Below, in pieces: positions 36,136 through 45,205 of a DNA stretch of 64,000 nt. The stretch covers positions 16,069 through 80,068 of the forward strand of contig CAPOAR010000001.1 of NCBI GenBank assembly GCA_948670295.1. Direction: 5' to 3'. Under the pieces are notes generated by a model, which made no database searches, was not told where the DNA came from, and saw only the letters and a program-made list of their open reading frames with translations. Origin of the DNA: an uncultured Oscillospiraceae bacterium (GTDB taxonomy: Bacteria; Bacillota; Clostridia; Oscillospirales; Oscillospiraceae). The position numbers and the translations under genes are program-made. Within the stretch, counting starts at the first letter, position 1. Each line of letters opens with the position of its first letter.

Positions 36136-36447
36136 GTGAGTTCAGAATGTCATCAGCTCTATTCATTCTTATCCGCCTGCCAAGGCAACTGGCGCGGCAG
36201 CGTCCATATCTGCACCCATGGCCCTGGTTACCTCCTGTCCGCAGACCGGGACGGTCACCCTACCATAATGGCAGTTGAGCAATTCCAGCAGCTCGCCGGC
36301 GAGATGATCGACCCTGCCGAGTGCTGCGGCCAGCTCACAGCGGATGCCTTCAAGGCTCTGTATGCCCAATATCTGCTCTGGCAGGTACCGTCGGCGGAGT
36401 GCGATCCCCTTCTATTCCTGAGCCAGCGCGGAACGGGGCAGTCTTAG
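36136..36447 (+). CDS. Hypothetical protein
   Basis: AGGAG RBS nearby. Fills the gap between flanking genes. Confidence 0.5.
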   Translation: MSSECHQLYSFLSACQGNWRGSVHICTHGPGYLLSADRDGHPTIMAVEQFQQLAGEMIDPAECCGQLTADAFKALYAQYLLWQVPSAECDPLLFLSQRGTGQS

Positions 36448-36914
36448 TTTCCCTGCGAGCATTTCGCGGCGTCGATGGCCAATACGATCATCAGGCAAAG
36501 CAAGGCGTCCTCCGGGCGGGAGATGTCCATGCTGTAGGTGTCCGTCCAATTCCACAGCTCTTTGGACAGGGACATCACGGTACGGGGGCCATCCATCACC
36601 GTGTAATCCCACTCCCAGAAGTCCCCCTCCACCGTCCAGCCGTTGCAGTCCAGGTTGAATTTTGGCCGGAAAAAGGTGAACTCCTTTTCCAGCACCCCCA
36701 CCTGAAGCTCTCCCACGTACAGCTCGAACTTGGGCAGCCAGGTCAAGACCTTCTCCTGCACCGTGCCCAGGTGATTCCCACAGGCGTCGTAGATTTGGAG
36801 CCGGTGGCCCCAGCTCAGCTCCCCCTTGACCACATAGACAGTGTTCCCGTCCTCGTCATAGATATCATAGCTGTCAAACCAGGAGAAAAACCTCTGCTTA
36901 AAAAGCAAGCGCAT
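36444..36914 (-). CDS. LURP-one/scramblase-like (tubby C-terminal-like) protein
   Basis: MRLLFKQRFFSWFDSYDIYDE...GDFWEWDY...WTDTY...IVLAID. Confidence 0.85.
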   Translation of the reverse strand: MRLLFKQRFFSWFDSYDIYDEDGNTVYVVKGELSWGHRLQIYDACGNHLGTVQEKVLTWLPKFELYVGELQVGVLEKEFTFFRPKFNLDCNGWTVEGDFWEWDYTVMDGPRTVMSLSKELWNWTDTYSMDISRPEDALLCLMIVLAIDAAKCSQGN

Positions 36915-37157
36915 GATCACGCCCTCCCTTCCTGGCGCTATTATATCAAATGTACCACTTCTTTGAACAGCCCTTTTTCCCAACACTGCCCGCCTGGATG
37001 CCCGGTCCAGGCGGGCTTTTTTCATTGTTTACAAAAAATTCACGGGGTTAGCTTCCCCTAATTGCCCTTGTCCGGTGCGTAATAAGTCAGATGGAAATTC
37101 AGGTATTCTCCGAGCCCCCACGGGCCGGTTCATAAAAACTCAAAGGAGGGATCTCCC

Positions 37158-37562
37158 ATGAAACGTGTCAACATCAAATGCCCCTACTGCGGCTCCCGGG
37201 CATTCCTGCGCCCAGCGTCCGTGGTGTACGGGGCCAAAGCGATCAATCCTGCCGCGCCCTATTACGTCTGTGCCCGCTATCCGGCCTGCGATGCCTACGT
37301 GGCCGCCCACAAAGATACCCGCCTGCCCATGGGCACTCTGGCCGACAAGAATCTGCGGTGCAAGCGCATCGAAGCTCACAAAGCCTTCAACCGGCTGTGG
37401 GAAAGCGGGCTGATGAGCAAGAAGCAGGCGTACCGCTGGCTCCAGGCCAGCTTGGCCCTGCCGGAACAGGAGGCCCATATCGGCAGGTTTTCCACATTCC
37501 GCTGCGAGCAGGTGATCCAGATGTGCGGTAATTTCTTCCCCACGCTGGACAAAGCATCATGA
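37158..37562 (+). CDS. Zinc-finger protein (DUF3268-like)
   Basis: CPYCG...YYVC..YPACDAYV..H...PMGTLA...AHKAF...HIG.F. Confidence 0.8.
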   Translation: MKRVNIKCPYCGSRAFLRPASVVYGAKAINPAAPYYVCARYPACDAYVAAHKDTRLPMGTLADKNLRCKRIEAHKAFNRLWESGLMSKKQAYRWLQASLALPEQEAHIGRFSTFRCEQVIQMCGNFFPTLDKAS

Positions 37563-37575
37563 GGAGGCAAATACC

Positions 37576-38166
37576 ATGAAATTCGACTTTACCCTGACTC
37601 CCTGCCAGCAGGCTTTGGCGGAGGCCAACCTGTCGGTCATCGACAAAGTGATCTCCCGATACATCCATGTCAATGAAGGCATCTGCGGCCTGGGCCGGGA
37701 CGATCTCTACCAGGAGGGCGCTATGGCGCTGTGCAAGGCCGCCGCCACCTATGACGGGGTCTCCGCCCAGTTCGGCACCTACGCCACCACGGTGATCCGC
37801 AATCACCTGCTCAACCACTGCAAATCGGTCAACGCCAGCCAGCGGAATCTGCCGGCCCTCTCCCTGGATGCCGGCGGTTCTGAGGATGACCGGCCCCCGC
37901 CCTGCCCGGAGCCGTCCGTCCCGGACGAGGTGGATGAACTCCTTGGCCGATTGGATGTCGCGGATTTTCTGGCGGACTGCAAACGGCGGTACAGCGGCGT
38001 GGCCCGGCTGGGCGTGGAGGCGCTGGAGTGGAAGGTGAAGGGCCTGAGTGGGGCGGATATTGCCCAGCTCTACGGCGCGAAGCCCAACCAGGTGGGGGCG
38101 TGGATATCCCGGGCAACACAAAAAATTCGGAAGGATGTTGTTGAAGATCGTCTGCCCCATTTGTAA
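37576..38166 (+). CDS. Sigma-70-family sigma factor
   Basis: DDLYQEGAMALCKAAATYD...FGTYATTVIRN region 2 and a C-terminal HTH. Confidence 0.85.
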   Translation: MKFDFTLTPCQQALAEANLSVIDKVISRYIHVNEGICGLGRDDLYQEGAMALCKAAATYDGVSAQFGTYATTVIRNHLLNHCKSVNASQRNLPALSLDAGGSEDDRPPPCPEPSVPDEVDELLGRLDVADFLADCKRRYSGVARLGVEALEWKVKGLSGADIAQLYGAKPNQVGAWISRATQKIRKDVVEDRLPHL

Positions 38167-38196
38167 AAGATAGTATCAAGGTTTGGAGGCGAATTT

Positions 38197-38895
38197 ATGA
38201 ACATCAAGAAGGAAAGCACTTATTACACAGCGGTGGGCCATTTCCACCGCAAGACAGACGCCGACGGGCGTACCTATCCTGTGATCCTGGTGAACCAGGA
38301 GGAGCACATGGTGGACATCCAGGAGATGGCGGTGTGGACTGTCCTCAACTGGCGGTTCCTGCGCCTGGAACAGGTCGAAATGAAGTATAGCCAGCTGGCC
38401 GGGGACCTGCCCCCCGCCCGACGGACGCTGGAAACCTGCCTGAACCGCCTGGAGGTGCGGGGCCTCATCGCCCGGGGCGTGGGCGATACCGACTTTGAGG
38501 CGCTGTATGACCTTCTGGGCGGGCTCTATGTGGTCCCCCTCTCGGAGAGCCTGCCCCTGAAGCTGACCGCTTTCGGCAAGCTGCTGCTGGACGGGGTGCC
38601 CTTCTCCAAGGCCAGGGAGCTGTTCCGAAAGGACAGGCCCAGTGAGCGGGAGGCCCAGGTACTGGCTTTGTCCCGACAGGCGCTGCTGTCCACCGCCGAG
38701 CTCATCAAGTGTGCCGAGGCGGGCGCTACCGACGTTTCCACCGATGAAAAGCTCATGGACGTTCTCATTGACAACGACTACACCACCAGCGACAGCCTCC
38801 CCTTTGAGATGCTGGATGCCAAACAGCGGACGCCCATCACCATGGCGGTAGCTAACCTGTACCTGCGCAAGCAGATCATTTTTGATCGGGTGTAA
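38197..38895 (+). CDS. Conserved hypothetical protein
   Basis: GGAGG RBS and coding-like codon pattern. Confidence 0.75.
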   Translation: MNIKKESTYYTAVGHFHRKTDADGRTYPVILVNQEEHMVDIQEMAVWTVLNWRFLRLEQVEMKYSQLAGDLPPARRTLETCLNRLEVRGLIARGVGDTDFEALYDLLGGLYVVPLSESLPLKLTAFGKLLLDGVPFSKARELFRKDRPSEREAQVLALSRQALLSTAELIKCAEAGATDVSTDEKLMDVLIDNDYTTSDSLPFEMLDAKQRTPITMAVANLYLRKQIIFDRV

Positions 38896-38978
38896 AAAAT
38901 TTTTTGAAGCCGTGCAGAAAAAACGGCAGGTCCTCCCTGTTTATTATTTGAAGGACATTACCACATGGAGGGATCACG

Positions 38979-39218
38979 ATGAAAAAGCGGTACAGTCAGA
39001 TCAAACTTCCCAGCCCCAACGACCACGATCCCCACCCCCGTCTGCTGGTGGATGGGTACGGCATCCACGCCGGGGACTCTTTTCGGGCCCGGTTCCCGGA
39101 CGGCTGGCACGATATCACGCTGGAGGTAGCCTGGGAGATCACGGGCCCCGGGTGCTGGTACATCTCCACCCCCGGCTATGAGGACGTGTGCCCGGTGGGG
39201 CTGTTTGTGGAGACTTAG
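38979..39218 (+). CDS. Small protein (DUF5348-like)
   Basis: GIHAGD.F....DGW....LE...WY. GGAGG RBS. Confidence 0.65.
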   Translation: MKKRYSQIKLPSPNDHDPHPRLLVDGYGIHAGDSFRARFPDGWHDITLEVAWEITGPGCWYISTPGYEDVCPVGLFVET

Positions 39219-39302
39219 GACAAACCGGGAGGCGGGGCCCGCCCCGCCTCCTCACTGCCCAATACCCGCGGAACACAACTCCTTGTGTTTTTTATTCCAT
39301 GC

Positions 39303-39355
39303 AATCAATATATTGTGCTATTTCTATTGACACCGACAATATATTGTGGTACAAT
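39303..39355 (+). promoter_or_regulatory. Consensus sigma-A promoter with two NrdR-box-like operators
   Basis: TTGACA (39327-39332), 17 bp, TGnTACAAT (-10 at 39350-39355). CAATATATTGTG at 39306-39317 and 39337-39348, 31 bp apart. Confidence 0.75.
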
Positions 39356-39383
39356 CCCCTTGTAATTGATTCTATGTGCGTTT

Positions 39384-39576
39384 CCTCTTGATCAAGAGGG
39401 CAGGCTGGACCATCAGCCTGGGAGCGATAGGTATCGCATTGCACACGTTTACGGATATGCGCCCTGCTCCGGCGGGGAAAAGACCACGCGGGCATATCTG
39501 GGGTTTGTATGCAAGAGCCGGTGGAAAGCTGGCCCCTGTGCTGTCAGGGGACCGGTCTGCCCTCGGGCTCTTTTTA
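39384..39576 (+). ncRNA. Candidate structured leader RNA / ssDNA structure upstream of ssb
   Basis: 39396-39408 pairs with 39552-39564 (13 bp including G-U). Alternative local hairpins exist, and GAGCC...GGCTC is followed by a T-run. Confidence 0.4.
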
Positions 39577-39614
39577 TATATACATTATGGCCCAAACGGG
39601 CAGAAAGGAGCGTT

Positions 39615-40010
39615 ATGTCCCAGCTGTACTGCACAGGCCGGGTCACGTCCGAACTGGAGCTGAAAACCAGCGCGAAACAGGTGCCCTATCTCTGTTTCCC
39701 CATCATGGAATATGTGGGGTACGGCAGGAACACCCATCCGCAGTATCTCTCGGTGTGGGCCTGGGGCGCTACGGCGCGGCAGCTTGTCGAAGACGGCGTG
39801 GGCAAGGGCAGCGTGTTGTGGGTATCCGGCTCGCTGGAGCTGGAGGAGTACGCCAAAAAGGATGGCGTGACCCATGACAAGCGGCTGAAGCTCAAGCTGA
39901 AGGACTGGGGATTCGTCCCCAGCCAGCAGCACCAGGGCAGACCTGGCCAAGACCAAAGCATCCCATCCCCGGGCACCATTGACGGGGAGCGGGAAGACCT
40001 GCCGGAATAG
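39615..40010 (+). CDS. ssb: Single-stranded DNA-binding protein
   Basis: TGRVTSELELK...VWAWGATA...KGSVLWVSGSL. Acidic tail EDLPE. Confidence 0.85.
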   Translation: MSQLYCTGRVTSELELKTSAKQVPYLCFPIMEYVGYGRNTHPQYLSVWAWGATARQLVEDGVGKGSVLWVSGSLELEEYAKKDGVTHDKRLKLKLKDWGFVPSQQHQGRPGQDQSIPSPGTIDGEREDLPE

Positions 40011-40028
40011 CGATTCCGGCAGCAAGCG

Positions 40029-40200
40029 AAAGAGGCGCTGCGCCTCGTTCAGACTTTGTCTGTCCTCTAAACCAAATCGAAGCCCAGCGTAAGCGGGTTC
40101 GATTTGGGGAGGAGGAGCAACGAAACGATGCGAAGTTTTCGGGCGGATGCCCGGAAACGGAGTGAGTGGAGTTTGCTCCGACGAGAAGCAGCGCCTCTTT
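40029..40200. repeat. Branched palindromic element (REP/MITE-like or single-strand origin-like)
   Basis: 13-bp terminal IR AAAGAGGCGCTGC / GCAGCGCCTCTTT. Internal stems CCAAATCGAA/TTCGATTTGG and TTTTCGGGC/GCCCGGAAA. Confidence 0.7.
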
Positions 40201-40238
40201 TTTTGTTTTCCGACAAAAATTGAAAGGTGGCAAACGAC

Positions 40239-40994
40239 ATGAAACAGAAAGTTTCCCTCGCCTCCAGCACCTCCATCCTAATCGGTGTGGTCATCGCCAT
40301 TCTGGCGCTGCTGCGCGGGTCGGTGCAGACCGTCCTCCTGCTCCTCACCTTTGCCCTGTGGGGCCTGTGGGTGGTAGTCACCCTGCTCCGTCCCGCATGG
40401 CGGGCCAACAGCGCCTACCGCTGTCAGGAGGAGCGGGCGGCCAGAGAGCAGGGCGAGTTCGCTGGCCGGAATCTGGCGGCACTCCTGCTCCGGCACGTCA
40501 ACTGCCGGGTCTCGGAGGCCCTGCAAAGCGTCTACCCCGATGTGAGCTGGGAGTGGACCATGGAGAACCCCGCTATCTTTGTTGTGCGGGGCGGCACCGG
40601 ACGCATCCAGGTCTACAACGTGCCCGACTATGAGTACGCCGACGTCACCATTGACCAGAGCGGTGATCTCAAATGCGCCATGGTCAAGGTCGCGCCGCTG
40701 GGAGGCGCACCGTCCGGGCAAACCTCTCTGGATCCCCAGGCGTGGTATGAGCTGGAGGGACGCCAGCTGCTGGAAGCTGTGGTCGCCGACCTGAAGACCA
40801 GGGGGCACCACAAGCTGACGGTGAACGAGGACGGCTCCATCTGCATCCGGCCCAAGTCCGGCAAGAACGTGATCAAAAAGGGGACGTTTACCAATTTCCC
40901 CGATAAGGTCTATTGGCCCCGGCTGGCAGACGTGCTGAATCAGGAAGGGCTGACCACTGATGTCCAGGCCGATCACATCGCCGTTTCCTGGTAA
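40239..40994 (+). CDS. Hypothetical membrane protein (2 N-terminal TMs)
   Basis: Two hydrophobic helices followed by a soluble domain. Confidence 0.75.
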   Translation: MKQKVSLASSTSILIGVVIAILALLRGSVQTVLLLLTFALWGLWVVVTLLRPAWRANSAYRCQEERAAREQGEFAGRNLAALLLRHVNCRVSEALQSVYPDVSWEWTMENPAIFVVRGGTGRIQVYNVPDYEYADVTIDQSGDLKCAMVKVAPLGGAPSGQTSLDPQAWYELEGRQLLEAVVADLKTRGHHKLTVNEDGSICIRPKSGKNVIKKGTFTNFPDKVYWPRLADVLNQEGLTTDVQADHIAVSW

Positions 40995-41008
40995 AGGGGG
41001 TGCGGTAA

Positions 41009-42097
41009 ATGAAAGCCGGACTGACCATCACTGAGATGGCACAGGAAATCGAGCGCCAGGCCGGGGCCAAGGAGGACTTCCTGGTGAACCCCCATGCGCT
41101 GGAGATGGACGCCACGGGCGGCAAGCCCATGCTCCGGGTGCTGGAGGGCGGCGTGGATCAGACGGAGCCGCTGGCCATCCAGGAGACGGCCCACCGTCAG
41201 ATGGGGGCCCACCTGGGCATCCCCTGGAGGTACTACGAGAAGATGCTCCAGGAGGAGCCCAGCCTGCTGGCCCACAACGTCAACCACTGGCTTCACCGGG
41301 GTGAGCCCGCCCAGCGGATGCTGCGCACCCTGGACGGCAAAGCCAGGGCCTTCCTCAGCAACCGCTACCGGCCCATTGACAACCTGGAGATCACGGCGGC
41401 GGTGCTGCCCATCATCGGGGAGATGCAGGGCGCACGGTTTGAGAGCTGCAGCCTCACCGAGAACTACCTCTACCTGAAGGTGGTAAACCCCAGGCTCACC
41501 GGCGAGGTGCGCTTGGGCGACGTGGTGCAGGCGGGGATCGTCATTTCCAACAGCGAGACCGGCCTGGGCGCGGTAAACGTCCAGCCCCTGGTGTACCGTC
41601 TGGCCTGCCTCAACGGCATGGTGGTCAACGACGCCAGCACCCGGACGCGGCGCAACCATGTGGGCCGGGTCAACAGCACGGAAGAAAACTTCGCCCTGTA
41701 TTCCCAGGAGACGCTGGAACAGGACGGCAAGGCGTTTATGATGAAGCTCCAGGACACAGTGCGGGCAGCGGTAGACGAAGCCCGGTTTGCCAAGGTGCTG
41801 GACACCATGCGCAAGAGCACCGAGGCCAAACTGGACACCACCGATATCCCGGCTTTGGTGAAGCTCACCGGCTCCAACTTCAGCCTCACCGACGCGGAGG
41901 GCAAGGGCGTTCTCCAGCATCTGTTGGAAGGCGCGGACTACACCCTCTACGGACTGGCCAACGCTGTCACCCGGTACAGCCAGGACGTGGAGAGCTATGA
42001 ACGGGCCACAGAGCTGGAGACCATCGGCTACAGCGTCATGACCATGAGCCCGGCTATGCTCCGGCAGATCAACCAGGCATCCGCAATGGCCGCGTAA
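41009..42097 (+). CDS. DUF932-like phage/plasmid protein
   Basis: RAFLSNRYRPIDN, ISNSETG, YRLACLNG and YGLANAVT. Confidence 0.75.
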   Translation: MKAGLTITEMAQEIERQAGAKEDFLVNPHALEMDATGGKPMLRVLEGGVDQTEPLAIQETAHRQMGAHLGIPWRYYEKMLQEEPSLLAHNVNHWLHRGEPAQRMLRTLDGKARAFLSNRYRPIDNLEITAAVLPIIGEMQGARFESCSLTENYLYLKVVNPRLTGEVRLGDVVQAGIVISNSETGLGAVNVQPLVYRLACLNGMVVNDASTRTRRNHVGRVNSTEENFALYSQETLEQDGKAFMMKLQDTVRAAVDEARFAKVLDTMRKSTEAKLDTTDIPALVKLTGSNFSLTDAEGKGVLQHLLEGADYTLYGLANAVTRYSQDVESYERATELETIGYSVMTMSPAMLRQINQASAMAA

Positions 42098-42145
42098 TGC
42101 GGGCCATGCTGATGATATACAACAACATGACAGGAGGAAAAATTC

Positions 42146-42970
42146 ATGAGTAACCAGCAGAATGTCACCACGGTGGTGGAGTACAAGTCCTTTGCCCTTC
42201 CCGCCCCCATGGACGCCAGCTTTGACGCCGCCGATGTGGCGGAGGATCTGGAGGGCCTGGAGCTCTCCTTCCCCCGGGTGAAGATCCCCGGCGGCGGCGT
42301 GCCCCAGTTCAAGATGCCGGGCGAGGACCCGGACCACCCCACCTATGTGGGCGAGATCGAGGGGATCATCCTCTACAACCACTCCGCCAACGCCTGCTGG
42401 CCGGAGGGCAGCGAGTACGACGACAACACCCCGCCCCAGTGCCAGTCCATGGACGGCAAACAGGGCTACGGAGATCCCGGCCTGCTGTGCGAGGCCTGCG
42501 GCAACAACCAGTTCGGCTCCAGCGGCAAGGGCAAGTTGTGCAAGAATATGCGGATGCTCTACATCCTCCAGGATGGGGCGTATATGCCGCTCCAGCTGGC
42601 CTTGCCGCCCACCAGCATCAAGCCCTACAAGAACTTTGTCAACATGGCCTTTGCCCTGCGCAACCGTCCGGTTTACGGCAGCCTGGTGAAGATCACGCTG
42701 AAGCCGGTGAGCAGCAACGGCTTCGACTACAGCGTCGCCGTGTTCAACCGGGTGCGGGATTTCGCCGGCGAGGAGCTGGCGGCGGTCAAGACGTATGCCG
42801 AGGGGTTCCGCAAGATGGTCAAGGAGATGCTGGAACAGCGGGCCCAGGCCCATATGGAGGCCGCGGCCAACATCGTTCAGACGGTGGATGACCCGCTGGA
42901 GCTGCCGGACAACGACGGCCACTTCGCGGTGGGTATCCTGGACGGTGAGCGGGAGCTTATGCCCGCCTGA
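42146..42970 (+). CDS. Phage-like putative ssDNA-binding/annealing protein with Cys cluster
   Basis: FPRVKIPGGG, PQCQSMDG, CEAC..NQFGS..GKLCK and LPPTS. Acidic C-terminus. Confidence 0.5.
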   Translation: MSNQQNVTTVVEYKSFALPAPMDASFDAADVAEDLEGLELSFPRVKIPGGGVPQFKMPGEDPDHPTYVGEIEGIILYNHSANACWPEGSEYDDNTPPQCQSMDGKQGYGDPGLLCEACGNNQFGSSGKGKLCKNMRMLYILQDGAYMPLQLALPPTSIKPYKNFVNMAFALRNRPVYGSLVKITLKPVSSNGFDYSVAVFNRVRDFAGEELAAVKTYAEGFRKMVKEMLEQRAQAHMEAAANIVQTVDDPLELPDNDGHFAVGILDGERELMPA

Positions 42971-43546
42971 ATCCGATTTGTAGAGCGGCAGAGCAGGCTG
43001 TTCCCGCAGTTTGCGCGGGGACAGCCCGCCCCGCTGGCGCCCCTCACGGAGGAACAGCGCCGGTTCGCGGACCGGCATCACGACCTGGTCTATTCGTTCC
43101 TGGGCAGGGGCGGCTACGCTGCGGGCGAGTATTACGACGTGGCCGCCCTGGGCTTTCTCCAGGCGGTGCAGCGGTATCTCACCCAGCCGTGGCTGAGGCG
43201 GTATGCCTTTTCCACCATCGCGTGGCAGGCCATGGCCCGCAGCGTCGCCGCGGACTACCGGGCGGAGGAACGCCGCCGCAATGCGGAACGGCGCTACCTG
43301 GAGACTGTCCGGGCCAGACCGCCCGACCCGCGCAGGGATTTGGAGGAGCAATTTGTCCTCCATGACCTGATCTCTATCGGCAACGAGGACCAGCGCCGCC
43401 TGATCCAGCTTCGGCTCCAGGGCTATACGGTGGCAGAGGCCGCCCAAGCCCAGGGCATGAGCGGCAAACGGGCCCGGAAGCTCCTGAATGGGCTGCACCG
43501 GGTGTATTCCGACACAGAAAGAGGGCTCAATATCCATGAATACTGA
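42971..43546 (+). CDS. Sigma-70-like protein lacking a canonical start, in frame behind the upstream TGA
   Basis: Open from 42971: PLTEEQRRFADRHHDLVYSFL...EYYDVAALGFLQAVQRY...FSTIAW, then an HTH. First ATG/GTG/TTG is at 43139. Confidence 0.65.
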   Translation: MRFVERQSRLFPQFARGQPAPLAPLTEEQRRFADRHHDLVYSFLGRGGYAAGEYYDVAALGFLQAVQRYLTQPWLRRYAFSTIAWQAMARSVAADYRAEERRRNAERRYLETVRARPPDPRRDLEEQFVLHDLISIGNEDQRRLIQLRLQGYTVAEAAQAQGMSGKRARKLLNGLHRVYSDTERGLNIHEY

Positions 43547-43778
43547 GGGAAAGACTACAAAAACGCTGAACGGTATCTTACTGCGGCCATTGGCCGTGGG
43601 CGCGAAGGCCGTCATCCTCCATCAGGGGCAGGTCACGCTCACGTCCCGGGTGGTGTCCATCCACAGCTATGGCATGGGTGAGGTGCGCTTTGAGACGCTG
43701 AACACCCAGTACCGCCTGCTGACGGGGCCCAGCTCCGAACCGGCGGCGGGCTGCTTTCCCCTGGCGATGGCCGCCTGA
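43536..43778 (+). CDS. Small hypothetical protein
   Basis: TSRVV...FETLNTQY. Overlaps the upstream stop. Confidence 0.65.
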   Translation: MNTEGKTTKTLNGILLRPLAVGAKAVILHQGQVTLTSRVVSIHSYGMGEVRFETLNTQYRLLTGPSSEPAAGCFPLAMAA

Positions 43779-43861
43779 ACAGGACAGCTGACACATGAAA
43801 AGCGCGGCAAAGGACCATCCAGGTCTTTTGCCGCGCCAATTTTTTGTTGGAGTGATGAACA

Positions 43862-44332
43862 ATGCCAGGCCATGAAGCAAACACCGCCTATTTCCCGCCT
43901 CTCTGCGGCACAGTCGATTGTTTCCAGTGTGAGATCGCGTCCGAATGCTGGTGCCGCTGCAAATATCAGCGAAACAGGAGGGACTTTTCACACACCTCCG
44001 GCCGCTGCCCCCGGCTCCCGGATTATCGGGGCTTCGTGGAGCAGGAACACAGGAAACTCTATGCCAAGACATTTTCGCTTGTCCATGCGGAGCGTGGCGA
44101 AGATGTGCTCTATCTGACCCTGACCGTTCCTGGGGTGAAACGGCCCAAAAAGGTATATCAGACCCAAAGCGGAGAATGGTATTTTCATGAGAAAAACGAT
44201 GATGGCACCTATAGTAAGCGGGAAATATCCTTTGAATCATACCACAGCAGGGAACAGATTCTGGATCATATGGATATGGCCCATACGGATTACTGCTTGT
44301 TTCGAGCTGAAATCTTTGGCTACTGCATCTAA
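43862..44332 (+). CDS. Hypothetical protein, Cys-rich N-terminus
   Basis: GGAG RBS and several Cys residues. Confidence 0.6.
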   Translation: MPGHEANTAYFPPLCGTVDCFQCEIASECWCRCKYQRNRRDFSHTSGRCPRLPDYRGFVEQEHRKLYAKTFSLVHAERGEDVLYLTLTVPGVKRPKKVYQTQSGEWYFHEKNDDGTYSKREISFESYHSREQILDHMDMAHTDYCLFRAEIFGYCI

Positions 44333-44350
44333 AAAGAGGAGAATTATACC

Positions 44351-45205
44351 ATGATTGACTACAAAGCCGTGCCAAGCGGGCTGGAGCTCAGCCGCCGCAT
44401 CGCGGACTGCCTGGAGGCGTCCGCGCCCCGTGGCTATGACCCTGGCGAACGTCCCCGGGCCATCCAAGAGCTCAATGACATCTTGCAGGGCCGGTCCGCC
44501 CGGTCAGCGGATGAACTGCTGGCGGAACTGGACAAGTGCGGGGACACCTGGCTCCCAGCAGTCCTGGGGGATGTTCGGGCGTTCCTGCGCCAGAAGGCGC
44601 TGCTGACCAAGCCCTATCACAAGCGCCCCAGCCGGAAAGCGTTTGCATTTCAGTGGGCGAAGGGTTCCGATGGCCGCAAACTGAAGGTCATCGACCAAAG
44701 GCTGTATGACCGTGCTGCCAGGGAGGGCTTTCCGGCCAATTTCTTCCGGGAGGCCAGCTTTGACCATGTGACCTTTTTCTGCCTGCCGGACAAGGTGGAT
44801 TTCTGCGGTTCGGAGCTGCATGGCTGCAAATTTGCCGTGTGCCGCATAGGTGGCATTTCCTTCGGGTACAGCCGTATCTATGATACGGAGTTTTACTCGT
44901 CTGTTCTGAGCCATGTGGATATGTACGAGGCCACCCTGGCCCATACCCGGTTCCATGACTGCGAGCTGTCCCACTTGATGGTACAGAACGCCACGCTGAA
45001 AAGCTGCCACACCGCCGACTGCACGATGGATGAGGTGGATTATGCCGGTTCCACCCTGGACGGATGCACCTTCAGCCGGATCACCGCCGGCACGGTCTGC
45101 CTGGACTGGACTACCATTACCCAGGGCGGGGCCACCGAGGAGGAGTGCCGCCAAAACCGGAAGGACGTTTACCGGGCCCTGGGCGTGAAGGGGGACGCCG
45201 CATGA
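44351..45205 (+). CDS. Pentapeptide-repeat protein
   Basis: EATLA HTRFH DCELS...NATLK SCHTA DCTMD EVDYA GSTLD GCTFS periodicity. Confidence 0.8.
   Translation: MIDYKAVPSGLELSRRIADCLEASAPRGYDPGERPRAIQELNDILQGRSARSADELLAELDKCGDTWLPAVLGDVRAFLRQKALLTKPYHKRPSRKAFAFQWAKGSDGRKLKVIDQRLYDRAAREGFPANFFREASFDHVTFFCLPDKVDFCGSELHGCKFAVCRIGGISFGYSRIYDTEFYSSVLSHVDMYEATLAHTRFHDCELSHLMVQNATLKSCHTADCTMDEVDYAGSTLDGCTFSRITAGTVCLDWTTITQGGATEEECRQNRKDVYRALGVKGDAA

Noticed and set aside
39360..39600. Known riboswitch (c-di-GMP, ZTP, cobalamin)
   Set aside because: I could not match the conserved cores by eye. Kept only as an unknown structured leader.
42968..42970. Selenocysteine recoding of the in-frame TGA
   Set aside because: No convincing SECIS hairpin or redox-motif context, and the upstream protein ends naturally.
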